64,000 bases of DNA from Octopus bimaculoides. Its lineage: Eukaryota. The stretch is taken from the NCBI RefSeq assembly GCF_001194135.2, contig NC_068989.1, positions 49,388,585-49,452,584 of the forward strand, written 5' to 3'. The translations under genes were made by a program, and so were the position numbers. Shown here one piece after another: positions 47,316 through 59,825 of the stretch (positions within the stretch are counted from its first letter, which is position 1; every line of letters begins with the position of its first letter). The notes under the pieces were generated by a model. That model worked only from the letters and a program-made list of their open reading frames with translations. It ran no database searches and was not told the DNA's origin.

Positions 47316-48821
47316 TCATCAAGCTCTATACATTTACATATTGAGTATTTTAATGTCTATACATGTAAAATCATAAAAGTACACACAGCTAGTATAATCA
47401 CAATCAAGTCAGAAACTTCATATTTTCTATAAAATAAAACTGAAAAAGAAAAAAAGCTTTAATGTTGTGTTATATTATAGCAGAGTAAGTCAAATATATT
47501 TGCAACTCTTACACAAACTATCAATCATCTTGAGAAAATTATCTGAAAAAAAAAATGGCAATTTCTGTTAGGAAGATGAGTTAAGTATCTACTAGAGTAA
47601 TTTAAGTTTGAAGTTAGATGTGCTATTTGATTAGCAACGCAAAATAAAGAAAAAGTATGATGGCAAATTGCATACAAAAAACTAAAGTTAAACCAATTCC
47701 ATGCTTTCAATATACAAAATGAAATCAATGTTTCAAAACAATAATCTAACTAATGATTTAATGAAAAAATACACAGACATATGCAATATTATTTTCCTTC
47801 TTAGAAATCTACTTATAGTCTACAGAACTGAAATATAATTGAAAGAAATTTCATCCCAAACACAATTTTACACATTGAAATTTTATCTTCTAAAACAATC
47901 ATTTTAAGAAGAAAAAAGTCTTTCGTGTTTGAGAGTTGCCATTCTCCCATCCCACTTTTACCATAGTTTTACAACTATGTTACCATGTTAGCAGAAGTCT
48001 AATGATGCTGTAAAGTAGGATATTTGTTTATATGATTTGTTGACATAAATATAGTTACAAACTACATTGGAAAGTCTCTATTTACAATTAGTAAGATTAA
48101 AATTAAAATCTTGTACCAGAGGATTACTAAATGACAGTGCTGAACACCAGTTTATGTGAGTAATAGAAAATTTCATAAAAATCTGACTATGTGCTCCTCA
48201 TTGGGAAGTGAGCTAAAAGATGTAGAATTCATTTTACTGTTCAAAAAGAAAAAAAACAAAACAAAAATAAAACAAGTGTTTATAGCTTATTTGAAGGTAT
48301 AATCCATTAGTTGCATAGGATTAAGACTATAGACATACCAAAATTATGCTGATTCTGGACCCTGTAACTAACAAGAAGCTATTCTATGCCTATTGGTCCT
48401 TTTCTGTTAATCATTTTCTATGTCATCTTACATTATTTTCACTAAATTTGCATAAAAGACCTGATGATTAAGACAGCAAACAAATAATTTATTCAAAAAG
48501 CCATCTTATCTTATATACTTCAGTAATGTAACTACACACATGCTGTTTGCGAACTCTTTCTCTTCTTGCTCAAAATATCAAACTCTCTCTTTTCACCAAG
48601 CGTTAAGCTAATACATTCCTAGTGCACATTCTCTTGCTGTCCATTAATGTTATTCATTTATTTGAAGTGACGATATATATATATACATACACNNNNNNNN
48701 NNNNNNNNNNNNNNNNNNNNNNNNNNNNNNNNNNNNNNNNNNNNNNNNNNNNNNNNNNNNNNNNNNNNNNNNNNNNNNNNNNNNNNNNNNNNACACATAC
48801 ACACACAAGTACAAAACATTA

Positions 48822-48968
48822 GCTAAATCATTGTGGCTAATAATTTCACTTCACAAGTGTTTCTTGGTTCTCTCCCACTGCACGGTACATTGGAGCAAGT
48901 GACTTTTACCATTGTCTCATGGTGATCAGTAACTTGTGATTTTTGGTAGATAGAAACTCCATGGAACA
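48822..48968 (+). mobile_element. Degenerate tRNA-CORE SINE 5' half
   Basis: cccactgcacggtacattggagcaagtgac...tttggtagatagaaact. Confidence 0.55.
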
Positions 48969-49231
48969 CCATTACACATGCACATACACACATGCACACA
49001 CTCATGTTTCTGTTGTGTATACCATCGTAAATCATTCAAACAATATCATATTTAAGTCTATAGAATAGGGGTAACGCTTTAATGGAGCATAGCAGAAGCA
49101 AACTTTGCATATCCAATAGAGATCGATAGAAATGAGTAGCAGATGAAGTACAGGGATCAATATAATTAGCTAAAATCCTTAAATGTGGCCCTCCTGTATG
49201 GTTGCAGCTCACTCTTGCAATATTTCTTTAA

Positions 49232-49440
49232 CTTTTTAACATTTAAACCAGTCATATCCAGCCAAAATATTCTACCTGTTTTATGTTCAAACTGAACAGA
49301 TCTGGTCTCTTACAATATCATTCTAAAAATCAACAGTTACCTCATCAAAATCTCAAAGTTATAAGATGATGTAGAATTAATTCAAAACAATGTGCATAAA
49401 TAAGCATTACTTTTGACAGAATAATATGAATGCTAACGGG
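49232..49440 (-). mobile_element. piggyBac-type MITE family A
   Basis: TTAA|CTTTTTAACATT ... AATGCTAACGGG|TTAA. Confidence 0.8.
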
Positions 49441-49845
49441 TTAAGTATTAACATGATCTCTAGCCCGTGCTCAATTACTCTAGAACTAATGTCTTTAACT
49501 GTACTGCTGTCAGTTAAATGTCTTGTCCATGGTCTCTCCCATTCAAATAAGATTCAAACTGCTGATCATTCCAGTGACAATCTTGGCACCTTTTTCAAAT
49601 TAGGTAGCTTTTACTTTCAGAAAATAAAGTATATATTTACTACTCAAAATGTCTCACATGAGAATTGACTACAATTGGTGAAACAACCAGACAGTTTATT
49701 TTTGAGTTAACGTGTAGTGGTTGAAGTATCTTTATAAAAAAAGTTACACATCAAGATGAAAGATTATATATCAGCACAAGAGCATGCATTCAGTTATTAA
49801 TGGGCTAGAAGTCATAATACATCATATCAAATACTTGAATGAAAC

Positions 49846-49910
49846 TACAATATGGATTTACTGGATTAGTTGTACATACAATATGGATTTACTGGATTAG
49901 TTGTACATAC
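49846..49910. repeat. Perfect 31-bp tandem duplication
   Basis: TACAATATGGATTTACTGGATTAGTTGTACA x2 (49846-49876, 49877-49907) plus TAC. Confidence 0.95.
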
Positions 49911-49965
49911 ACACACAGAAATGATAATGAAAATTTATTTAAGTAAACAAGAATATATAAAGAAA

Positions 49966-50470
49966 ATTAGTGAGAGAGAGAGAAAAAATCTGAGAGAGAG
50001 AGAAAGAGTCTGAGAGAGAGAGAAAATCTGACATATAGAGGGAACTTAACAGAAAGGGGAGAGAAAGTGAGTCTGACAAAGGAGAAAAGAACCTGATAGA
50101 AAGAGAAACAACCTAATAGGAGAACCTTATAGAGAGAAAAACTGATAATGAGAGAGAGAGAAACAGATGGCGAAAGCGATACCTTTAGAGTGAGAGAGAC
50201 AGACAAAAATAGGGAGCTAAAGAAGGAGGGAGACAGAGAAAAGAGATGCAGAGAGAGGACTTGAGAGTTAGAATTAGGTAGAGAAATAAACTAGAAGAGA
50301 AACTGCTACAGAAGAAATTGATAGAGAAAGAGAATTTGATAGAGAGATAAAAGTAAAGAAAGTTTCTCAGAAAGAAAGAGAGAAAGATAACTTGATAGAG
50401 AGTTCAAAATGAAAATGCATACAAAAAAAGAAGCAAAAGGAAGACAAAGAGGACTAGAATAAAGAAAGAA
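49966..50470. repeat. Degenerate GA-rich polypurine array
   Basis: Repeating ctga..gagagagagaaaa-like units; almost no pyrimidine runs on the plus strand. Confidence 0.85.
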
Positions 50471-51404
50471 TGTTGTATATAAATAAATATATAACATCAA
50501 TGATATTATAAATGATTGCTAATTAAGGCATATCTCAAGCTAGTCATAATAGATATAAAATTCAATAAATGCAAGCTATTCAATTCACCAAAAATCAATA
50601 AAAAGGAAACATGACACCACACTCTGGACATTTGGCACAAGAAGGAAGATGGTCAAAAAGTTACAGTTTCTGTCTTTTAGATTTTATTGTCTGAACTGTG
50701 ATGCACTTTGGTATGTCATCAAAATATGAGAACACTGTAGTCACGGGGCTATAGATCTGTATTCTAGGTTTTCAAGAGGAAGTCTATAATCAACACTAGT
50801 AAAGATATTTGTACGCTATTCTGGAATATAAAATGTAATGCAAGTCTGCCTTGTAATAACACTTGAATAGCTCATACAAATATTGTCTTTTGAATTGTAC
50901 ACTTAAATGAAGATAAAAAGTATGAAGTAAGTGTAAATATTTGTGTGTAGATAATGTAAGACACTAAAAACTTTTTTTGCTATATTTCTGTTGCGATACA
51001 CTACCTTTGTTTCAATTTATTTTGAAAAAAGAATTTAGAAAAATAAATTATCAGTATTAAGCTGGTGTTTGGGACATGACACATATTTTTGATGGAAGGT
51101 TTTCATTTAGACTACTTTAAACAAATACTATATCATAGAACCAAGGGATTTCTCAAACAGTTTGATATAAAAAGGATTTACTCAAACTCTCTAAGATTAA
51201 TAATTAACATAAAGTGCAATAAGCAAGCATTAGATATTAAGTACAAGATATTAAGTACAGTGCTGGATTTGTAAATTTGCTTCAATCTCTGGTTGAAGCT
51301 AATTTCCCTCAATTTTACTTAAAGCATAGAAATTACAAATTCACATTTCAGCATTTCTATAAATGAGGTACTGCAACCTGCATCTGTCTATATTGAGAAA
51401 GCAA

Positions 51405-51625
51405 TCATCATCATCATCGTTTAACGTCCGCTTTCCATGCTAGCATGGGTTGGACGATTTGACTGAGGACTGGTGAAACCAGATGGCTACACTAGGCTCC
51501 AATCTGATTTGGCAGAGTTTCTACAGTTGGATGCCCTTCCTAACGCCAACCACTCAGAGAGTGTAGTGGGTGCTTTTACGTGTCACCCGCACAAAGGCCA
51601 GTCAGGCAGTACTGGCAACGGCCAC
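51405..51625 (-). mobile_element. Young (GAT)n-tailed SINE/RTE-related repeat, truncated by a gap
   Basis: (CAT)n-cgtttaacgtccgctttccatgctagcatgggttggacg...ggatgcccttcctaacgccaacc. CpGs retained. Confidence 0.9.
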
Positions 51626-52882
51626 NNNNNNNNNNNNNNNNNNNNNNNNNNNNNNNNNNNNNNNNNNNNNNNNNNNNNNNNNNNNNNNNNNNNNNNNNNN
51701 NNNNNNNNNNNNNNNNNNNNNNNNNNNNNNNNNNNNNNNNNNNNNNNNNNNNNNNNNNNNNNNNNNNNNNNNNNNNNNNNNNNNNNNNNNNNNNNNNNNN
51801 NNNNNNNNNNNNNNNNNNNNNNNNNNNNNNNNNNNNNATATATATATATTTGTTCGGGAATTATATAGATTCATCTTGTGATAAAAAAGAAAAATCATTG
51901 GTATTGGTAAAATTTACTGGAATAGGTCCATTAGTTCATGCTTATATGGAAGGAATATTTATTGTTGTTTGGTAACCTCTGGTCAGCTATAGTCATACAA
52001 TCATGTAGTCTTATACAACATAGAATAAGTGAGTGTTTCACAGACTTGGTGCTCCTGATGGACCAAACCACCACCTATTTGAGGACCACACAATTCAAAG
52101 TGGATGCCATGCAGTGATGCTAAGCCTGAAACCATATGGTTAGAAGGCAGCCATGCCTGCACTTGTAATAAATATTTTATCAAATTAGATATATGATAAA
52201 AGCCACTGAATAATGCAAAGTTGGGCTAAACCATAAGTCTGGTAACTGCTAAAATTTAAATGTAAGTATCGATTTAGGAAAGAAAAGAGAAAGTAAATCA
52301 AATTTCTATCACCAATGAAAGGCATTTGTTACTGATTAGAGGCACTTTGTGATATAATCAGTATTGTGGTCTGCCATCAAATGACAGGTATAGAATTTGA
52401 ATCCCATCAGAGATCAATTTTCTCCATCTTGTTTTCAGTTCAGTGCTTGTAATATTTAATTATTACAAATAAGGTACATCATGGTTTTTAAATGGGCACA
52501 CCATATCTCTGCATGTCATAATAGGCAACTACGTGGGATGGCATTAGGAAGAACATCTAGTTGTAAAACACTGTCAAAAAGTGTCCAGTGCATGGAAAAA
52601 GCAGATACAAAAAAAAAAAAAAAATTATGATGATGATATCATCCAACTTAACAAGAAATTAGCACACACAACTGTGAGAATATGCTTTTTGCCCTTTTGT
52701 TTAGAAATATTTACTTATATAGAAGTAGTTTGTCAATAATTTTATTGCGAATATCCCAAACACTTAGTAAAATTCCAGTACTCCAGCACATGTTGTTTAA
52801 CCTTTTTTGGTACCAGCTTACCTCAGACTGCCTCAAGTTCTTGAACACAAAGCTGCCCATTCTAAAGAGTCAATTACATACT

Positions 52883-52884
<2 letters not shown>

Positions 52885-52931
<47 letters not shown>

Positions 52932-52977
52932 CCATCACCATCACCATCACCATCATCATCATCATCATCATCATCAT
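52885..52977. repeat. (CAT/CAC)n microsatellite, probably the tail of an insertion hidden in the gap
   Basis: Lies between two 35-bp direct repeats (52853-52887 and 53565-53599). Confidence 0.8.
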
Positions 52978-53636
52978 NNNNNNNNNNNNNNNNNNNNNNN
53001 NNNNNNNNNNNNNNNNNNNNNNNNNNNNNNNNNNNNNNNNNNNNNNNNNNNNNNNNNNNNNNNNNNNNNNNNNNNNNNNNNNNNNNNNNNNNNNNNNNNN
53101 NNNNNNNNNNNNNNNNNNNNNNNNNNNNNNNNNNNNNNNNNNNNNNNNNNNNNNNNNNNNNNNNNNNNNNNNNNNNNNNNNNNNNNNNNNNNNNNNNNNN
53201 NNNNNNNNNNNNNNNNNNNNNNNNNNNNNNNNNNNNNNNNNNNNNNNNNNNNNNNNNNNNNNNNNNNNNNNNNNNNNNNNNNNNNNNNNNNNNNNNNNNN
53301 NNNNNNNNNNNNNNNNNNNNNNNNNNNNNNNNNNNNNNNNNNNNNNNNNNNNNNNNNNNNNNNNNNNNNNNNNNNNNNNNNNNNNNNNNNNNNNNNNNNN
53401 NNNNNNNNNNNNNNNNNNNNNNNNNNNNNNNNNNNNNNNNNNNNNNNNNNNNNNNNNNNNNNNNNNNNNNNNNNNNNNNNNNNNNNNNNNNNNNNNNNNN
53501 NNNNNNNNNNNNNNNNNNNNNNNNNNNNNNNNNNNNNNNNNNNNNNNNNNNNNNNNNNNNNNNNCTGTCCATTCTAAAGAGTCAATTACATACTTCCATT
53601 ATAAACAGTTTAATAATAATAATAATAATAATAATA

Positions 53637-53667
<31 letters not shown>

Positions 53668-54199
53668 ACAGTTTAATAAATGGTTTAACAAAATCCTTCT
53701 ATGTTCTTGGTTACTTTGAAAATCTTAATTGAAACAGTGTATTTCATTCAATATAGCTATAAAAGGTTTAAGAAAGACAGGAGCTATGAAATAACTAATT
53801 TCTGAATATATACACATGCTAAGAAAAAAGCCATTTGATGGAGAAGCATATTTAGACTTTTCTTTCCATTAATGAGTCCACACAATAAATGCTTTATATT
53901 TTATTTAAAGTGTAGCTTCTTGTAAGAACATATAGACAAGAAAAAAGCCATAGCTTTGAGGTTTTAGAACAGTGTTTTATGTAGAGCTTAATAAAAAATA
54001 AAGACATTAAACACAGAAATAGATGCACAAAATTGATTTACTAACAATTAAAAGTATAACAAGGAGCTCATACTAATGGAGTCCATTGTAGCCACAATAG
54101 AAACACAAAGAAGATACAAATTAATCTATGAAAGTATTCGTGAATGGTTTGGAAAATTAAGCATAAGCACAGGCCTGGATGTCATATAGGAGCAAACAT

Positions 54200-54545
54200 G
54201 ACTGTGTGATAAAGAAGCTTCCTTCACAATCACATAGTTTGGGATTCTGTCCCACTGTGCAGCACTTGAGGCAAGCACCTTCTACTATACCCCTGGTTTA
54301 AGCAATGCTTCATGAACGAATTTTGTAGATGGAAACTATATGGAAGCCCACTGTGTGCATTTGAGCACAGATCTTTGTCTCTGAACACTTAGCAACTGGA
54401 GTGGGCTGGTTCATGTCCCTGTAACTTAACAGTTTGACAAAAAGAACAATAGAATAAGTATCAGATTTAAAGTAAGTATTGGGGTTGAAATGTTCAACTA
54501 AACCCTTCAAGCCAGTACTGCAATATGGTTACAGTCCTATATAAG
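54200..54545 (+). mobile_element. Degenerate full-length tRNA-CORE SINE
   Basis: ctgtgtgataaagaagc...gtcccactgtgcagcacttgaggcaag...tccctgtaactta...aatagaataagtat. Confidence 0.75.
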
Positions 54546-54617
54546 AGAAACAAAGATGCAAAAAGATTTTCTTCTAAAAGAAGAAATAAAAACCATTTCT
54601 TCTTAATGCTTAAGGAA

Positions 54618-54834
54618 TCTCTTTTACTCTTTTACTTGTTTCAGTCATTTGACTGTGGCCATGCTGGAGCACCGCCTTTAGTTGAGCAAATCGACCCCAG
54701 GACTTATCCTTTGTAAGCCTAGTACTTATTCTATCGGTCTCTTTTGCCAAACCGCTAAGTTACGGGGACGTAAGCACAACAGCATTGGTTGTCAAGCAAT
54801 GGTGAGGGGACGAAACACAGACACAAGCATATAT

Positions 54835-54872
<38 letters not shown>

Positions 54873-55010
54873 GACAGGCTTCTTTCAGTTTCCATCTACC
54901 AAATCCACTCACAAGGCTATAGTAGAAGACACTTGCCCAAGGTGCCCTGCAGTGGGACTGAACCCGGAACCATGTGGTTCGTAAGCAAGCTACTTACCAC
55001 ACAGCCACTC
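54618..55010 (-). mobile_element. Young full-length tRNA-CORE SINE
   Basis: Tail (ctcttttact)n-tgtttcagtcatttgactgtggccatgctggagcaccgcc through head gggactgaacccggaaccatgtgg...cttaccacacagccac. CpGs retained. Confidence 0.92.
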
Positions 55011-56339
55011 GTAAGATCTCAGTGATATATGTATTTATTTAAGATAAGCCAACAAATTTTTAAAACATAACTCACATGTTGATTTTGAAGAGGAAACTGC
55101 AGTTTTGGCAATGCTAGGCATATACAATTCCTGAGAATGATGATTTGAGACAATCTATGAAGCTGGTAAAGTTACAAGAATTATGTGACGTTCATTAGAA
55201 TTACATTGGTCATAAATATATTCTATATTTTTAGTTCTTTGTTTTCAATGTAAGCAATATCACATTTCTGTTGCTTAATAAAACATCTAGATGATCCTAT
55301 CATTAACATATTAACATATTTTTCCCCATCTTCACATGTGTTGAACAAGTTTACAAGATAGCCTATTTGCATGTATATTGTGACAATTCATAAGTGTAGC
55401 TTAACATTCCTAAGCCAGATGCAAGTATCTCAAAATTTTCATTGGCTCTTCTCTGCCCACAGATACTCACTACTGCTACTTCACAGAACATTACTCACTC
55501 AACACACATTATCCATTTGCATTATATGCACATACTGCTAAAATTGGCCTTCTTGCATTGAATATCAAGTTAAAAGGTTAACCAGTACTATAATATTTTC
55601 TAACAATGGTGTAAATTCCATAGACCATCTAGTCTATAAATGAATAAATAAAAATATACTGTATGTTGGTAAAAGGTTAACCATGAGTAGTGGTATGATC
55701 TGGGAAGTTGGATTGTAACATAGGATTTTTACCACTTTCTTTCTTAGTTAAAAATGAAATACAGACAGGAGAATGAAAACAAGATGATATTAATAATGGT
55801 TTATCCATCAGATCTTTTGCATAAAAAAACAGTCTGGTTTATGTTGAAATGATTTCCAAGGTAGAAAAGAAAAAGAAATTGGAAACATACTTAGAGCTCC
55901 CCTGATGAGCATTAGAACACGAAACCAGCTGATAGATTCTGTATTGTTTAACGTGGAAAATTGAATTCTCTTTAGGAATATAAAAAGGAAAAAAAAAGTT
56001 GGTAAAAATAAATTTTTAGAAATCTTCCATTAGAAATTCTTCAGACTTAGATTGATGTTTCTTTTTAACTTATTTTTAAATATTCAATAATGTTCAAGCA
56101 AAGATTTCCAACTAAATGTTTTAAATCTTTATATATTTGTTACGCTGTTGAAAAGTAACGATAAAAATAAGATTAAAAATGTATAAAATAACTACTTTTA
56201 AAATAAGTAACCAGTGGCCTACTAAATATTGTCATGCTTCTGCATTAAGTGGCATCAGGTAACTAAACAAAGAAAAAACAATATTGTTTAAAAGCTCACT
56301 TTAGATAATTCTCAGAAAAAAAGAATCATGAAAATCAAT

Positions 56340-56381
<42 letters not shown>

Positions 56382-56398
56382 AGAAGTCATCTCAGTAT

Positions 56399-56435
<37 letters not shown>

Positions 56436-56459
56436 GCATATATGTGTGTGCATGCACAT

Positions 56460-56495
<36 letters not shown>

Positions 56496-57811
56496 TACAC
56501 GCAAAAATGGTTGCAGACATACTAGCTTTAACCTGAAAAATCACATAAATAAAGCTCAATAAATAAACATGTATGCAAATTCACATAAATCAGCGCAGAC
56601 GTATATAAATCATCACACACACTGTAAAAATAATATAAGAAAAATATATATAAATAAAAGAAAAAGATAATAGGCGAGTGATGCAATTGTAAATTCTGTT
56701 TAACAATAATGTTTAATTACTTATATAGGAACTTATGTTCTTTCAAATCCATTAATCAAATTTTCAAGAAATTTCTTAAAATAGGCATGGGAATTTATTT
56801 TAGAAGGAACCAATAATCTAAGTCAAGTTGAATTATGATTGAACACTATATTTCATTTTCTAAATTTTTAAATATTTTTTAAAATTTTAGTTTTTCATTC
56901 TTTTTGAAAGTCAATCCACATCAGAATTTTTTTCTTTTTACCCTTTTTTTTCTGCACTACTTTTGGTACTGAATAAAGGTCTGTAACCATTTCCACTAGA
57001 TTACTTTTTCTCAAATATATAATGTGACTGTTTCTCAAAGTTTCAACAGCTTGCAAAAAGATTAACGTCTAGAACAGTTCATATTGATAACCATGCATAC
57101 ACAAACATAAATGGATGCAAATGTTAATGTGTGCATAATTATGTGATGTATTTATGTATGTATGTATGCATGTATATGTGCATGTGATTATGAATGAGTA
57201 TGTTCATGAGTGTATGATTAAGGATGTGTATGTATATGTGTATGTGATATTGGATATGTATCTAACACGTGTGTGATTATGAATGAGCATGAATGTGTAA
57301 GATAATTCCCAATTATAAATTTGGCTTGATATTAAATAAAATAAAAATAGTATCTTACATCTTTGTAATAGATTTTTCACAAATTTTTCTATGATTTTCA
57401 GCTCTCGATGAAGACAACCCATCCAATTCCTGGCCAGATAAGAGTGTATAAGATTCTTAATGGCATGTAACAAGAATCTCGTTGAAATCTATATGATGAA
57501 CACATATTCTTATTCTCAATGGCAAACACAAATGGATTTTACAAAGAAATTACTTTTTATGCAAGAATCTAACAGAAANNNNNNNNNNNNNNNNNNNNNN
57601 NNNNNNNNNNNNNNNNNNNNNNNNNNNNNNNNNNNNNNNNNNNNNNNNNNNNNNNNNNNNNNNNNNNNNNNNNNNNNNNNNNNNNNNNNNNNNNNNNNNN
57701 NNNNNNNNNNNNNNNNNNNNNNNNNNNNNNNNNNNNNNNNNNNNNNNNNNNNNNNNNNNNNNNNNNNNNNNNNNNNNNNNNNNNNNNNNNNNNNNNNNNN
57801 NNNNNNNNNNN

Positions 57812-57890
57812 CTGTCTACCAAATCTACTCACAAGGCTTAGGTCAGCCCAAAGCTATAGTAGAACTTGGCCAATGTGCCACACACTGAGA
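57812..57890 (-). mobile_element. tRNA-CORE SINE fragment next to a gap
   Basis: ctgtctaccaaatctactcacaaggcttaggtcagcccaaagctatagtagaa. Confidence 0.7.
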
Positions 57891-59372
57891 TTCAACTTAT
57901 CTAATAAAAGACAAAATTTTAATGTATAGTTAAGGTTAGTTTTCACAAATAAATCATGTAATAACAGTAGGGAGAAATTTCCATGTTATTTATATACAAT
58001 CTGTTTTACCACATGTCATTTTTTTTTTTTTGCATTGCTCACAGAGGCAAGAGGCAGCACTCTGTCCCTTGTAAGAAAATTTTTTCACAGATGATGAAAG
58101 TTGATAACAAAAACACTATCTAGTAATGGTATAACCAGTTTTTAAAGTTAGGGAGAGTGAGCACAAAAAAAAAAAGGTACCATGACACATACCAAACAAT
58201 TTTTTACTAATATCTCTTATACTATACAAAATATTTCATTAATTATAATATACATAATTGTATTCTACATTCATTTATTTCATGTTTCAGTAACAAATGT
58301 CATTATGTATGAGACTTAAAACTACTGATATATGAAAAAGATGAAACTCCACAGGATTGTCTAGTGTCGAGAGTTTATGACATCAGGGTTTGTTTCGGTT
58401 TTTCAGACAATGTTAGCAGCCACCAACACATCACAAGTCATGACTCCAGAAAGTTCTTCCAAAGCCAGGCGAATAACAAAAAAAAACAAAAAACAAAAAG
58501 AGATTCAACTTTTATCACCCAAATGAACTAAAGTGTTTTAAAAAATTGTTGAATAGGTGGCTGATTTTGAAAAATGTGTTTGAGAGAAGTGATCACTCTC
58601 TTTGCTCCCCTATTAGCTATGCCATTTAGTTTCTAGCTTTAAAATCCTTAAACAACCTTCAAGTAAAACAGTGTAACTGGAAACATTGCTAAATACATCA
58701 GGTACCAACGTAACATGTCTGGTAGTGCAACTATTACAGATGCATAAGGATATGGCAACAAACCCATGTCAGTATGGAAAATCTAGTGACAATAATAATG
58801 GCATTGGTAGCAACAATACATTGTTGAATAGATGGAACTTCTAAGAGATATTTATAATTTAGGATCATTAAATATCTCTATAGCTTAGTTCCATGCAAGC
58901 AAACACATATTCAAGCCGTATGAACTTCAACAATTTCAGTTTTCTTTTTACTTTGTACAGGATTTTTCTTTGTATCAAATGCATTTTTCATACTACAGAA
59001 ACATTATATCAAAGGTATTTCAGTAACTTGACATGGGAGTGCTATCTAGCTATTAACTATCTCACTACCTATAAATTTCTCATAGCCTACCTTTACATTA
59101 TGCATCCTTTACTAGAATTTGTATTCATTTTTTATAAATTCAATATATGTAATGTGCATAGTCTTTGTCTAGTGTTTACAATACTTGCTGGCCTTCTTGA
59201 CTCATTGACACAATTCATAACAGTGTCATATATCTAGTGACTCATACTTGTGTTTCTCATCAAAGCTCTTATTTACCAATCCAGCTATCACAAATTTGGA
59301 TGAATATTGTCTACTGTCTTCTATAGCCCTGTATTGACTGAAGCCACTTATGTGAATGGATCTAGTAGACAA

Positions 59373-59377
<5 letters not shown>

Positions 59378-59464
<87 letters not shown>
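59378..59464. repeat. (GA)n microsatellite
   Basis: Uninterrupted AG run. Confidence 0.98.
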
Positions 59465-59469
<5 letters not shown>

Positions 59470-59689
59470 ATGAGTAATTTTATGTTTCCTAAGTCTATTT
59501 GTGCCTTTTGCCAGCTGATTGTAAACAACAACTTTGCTAAAGGTGTCATTTGCTTGCAGTACTCTATGAAAGCATATGTCTGATCTTCTTGACATATCAT
59601 GACATGTCGCATGACCTTTGTAAACAAAAGGAACATTTTGGCGTCATTTGTTACCAGTTCTCCACATATGCAAACCCAGGCTATTTGTT

Positions 59690-59825
59690 GTTCGGTAGAC
59701 TGGGAGATTATCACCTCATTTTGGCAACAAGGAGGATATCCATAGAAGACTCCACCCAAACATGCTCTTGTCTGACCCATGCAAGTATAGAACCACAGAT
59801 ATTAACACAATGATGATGATGATGG
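59690..59825 (+). mobile_element. (GAT)n-tailed repeat 3' end
   Basis: ttggcaacaaggaggatatcc...gtctgacccatgcaagtatagaa...gatgatgatgatg. Confidence 0.65.

Noticed and set aside
55570-55682. TAAAAGGTTAACCA repeated twice 99 bp apart
   Set aside because: Resembles MITE ends, but no matching opposite TIR or family body is seen.
59226-59813. 184-aa and 87-aa ORFs
   Set aside because: They run through (GA)n and SINE-derived sequence with no protein-family signal.
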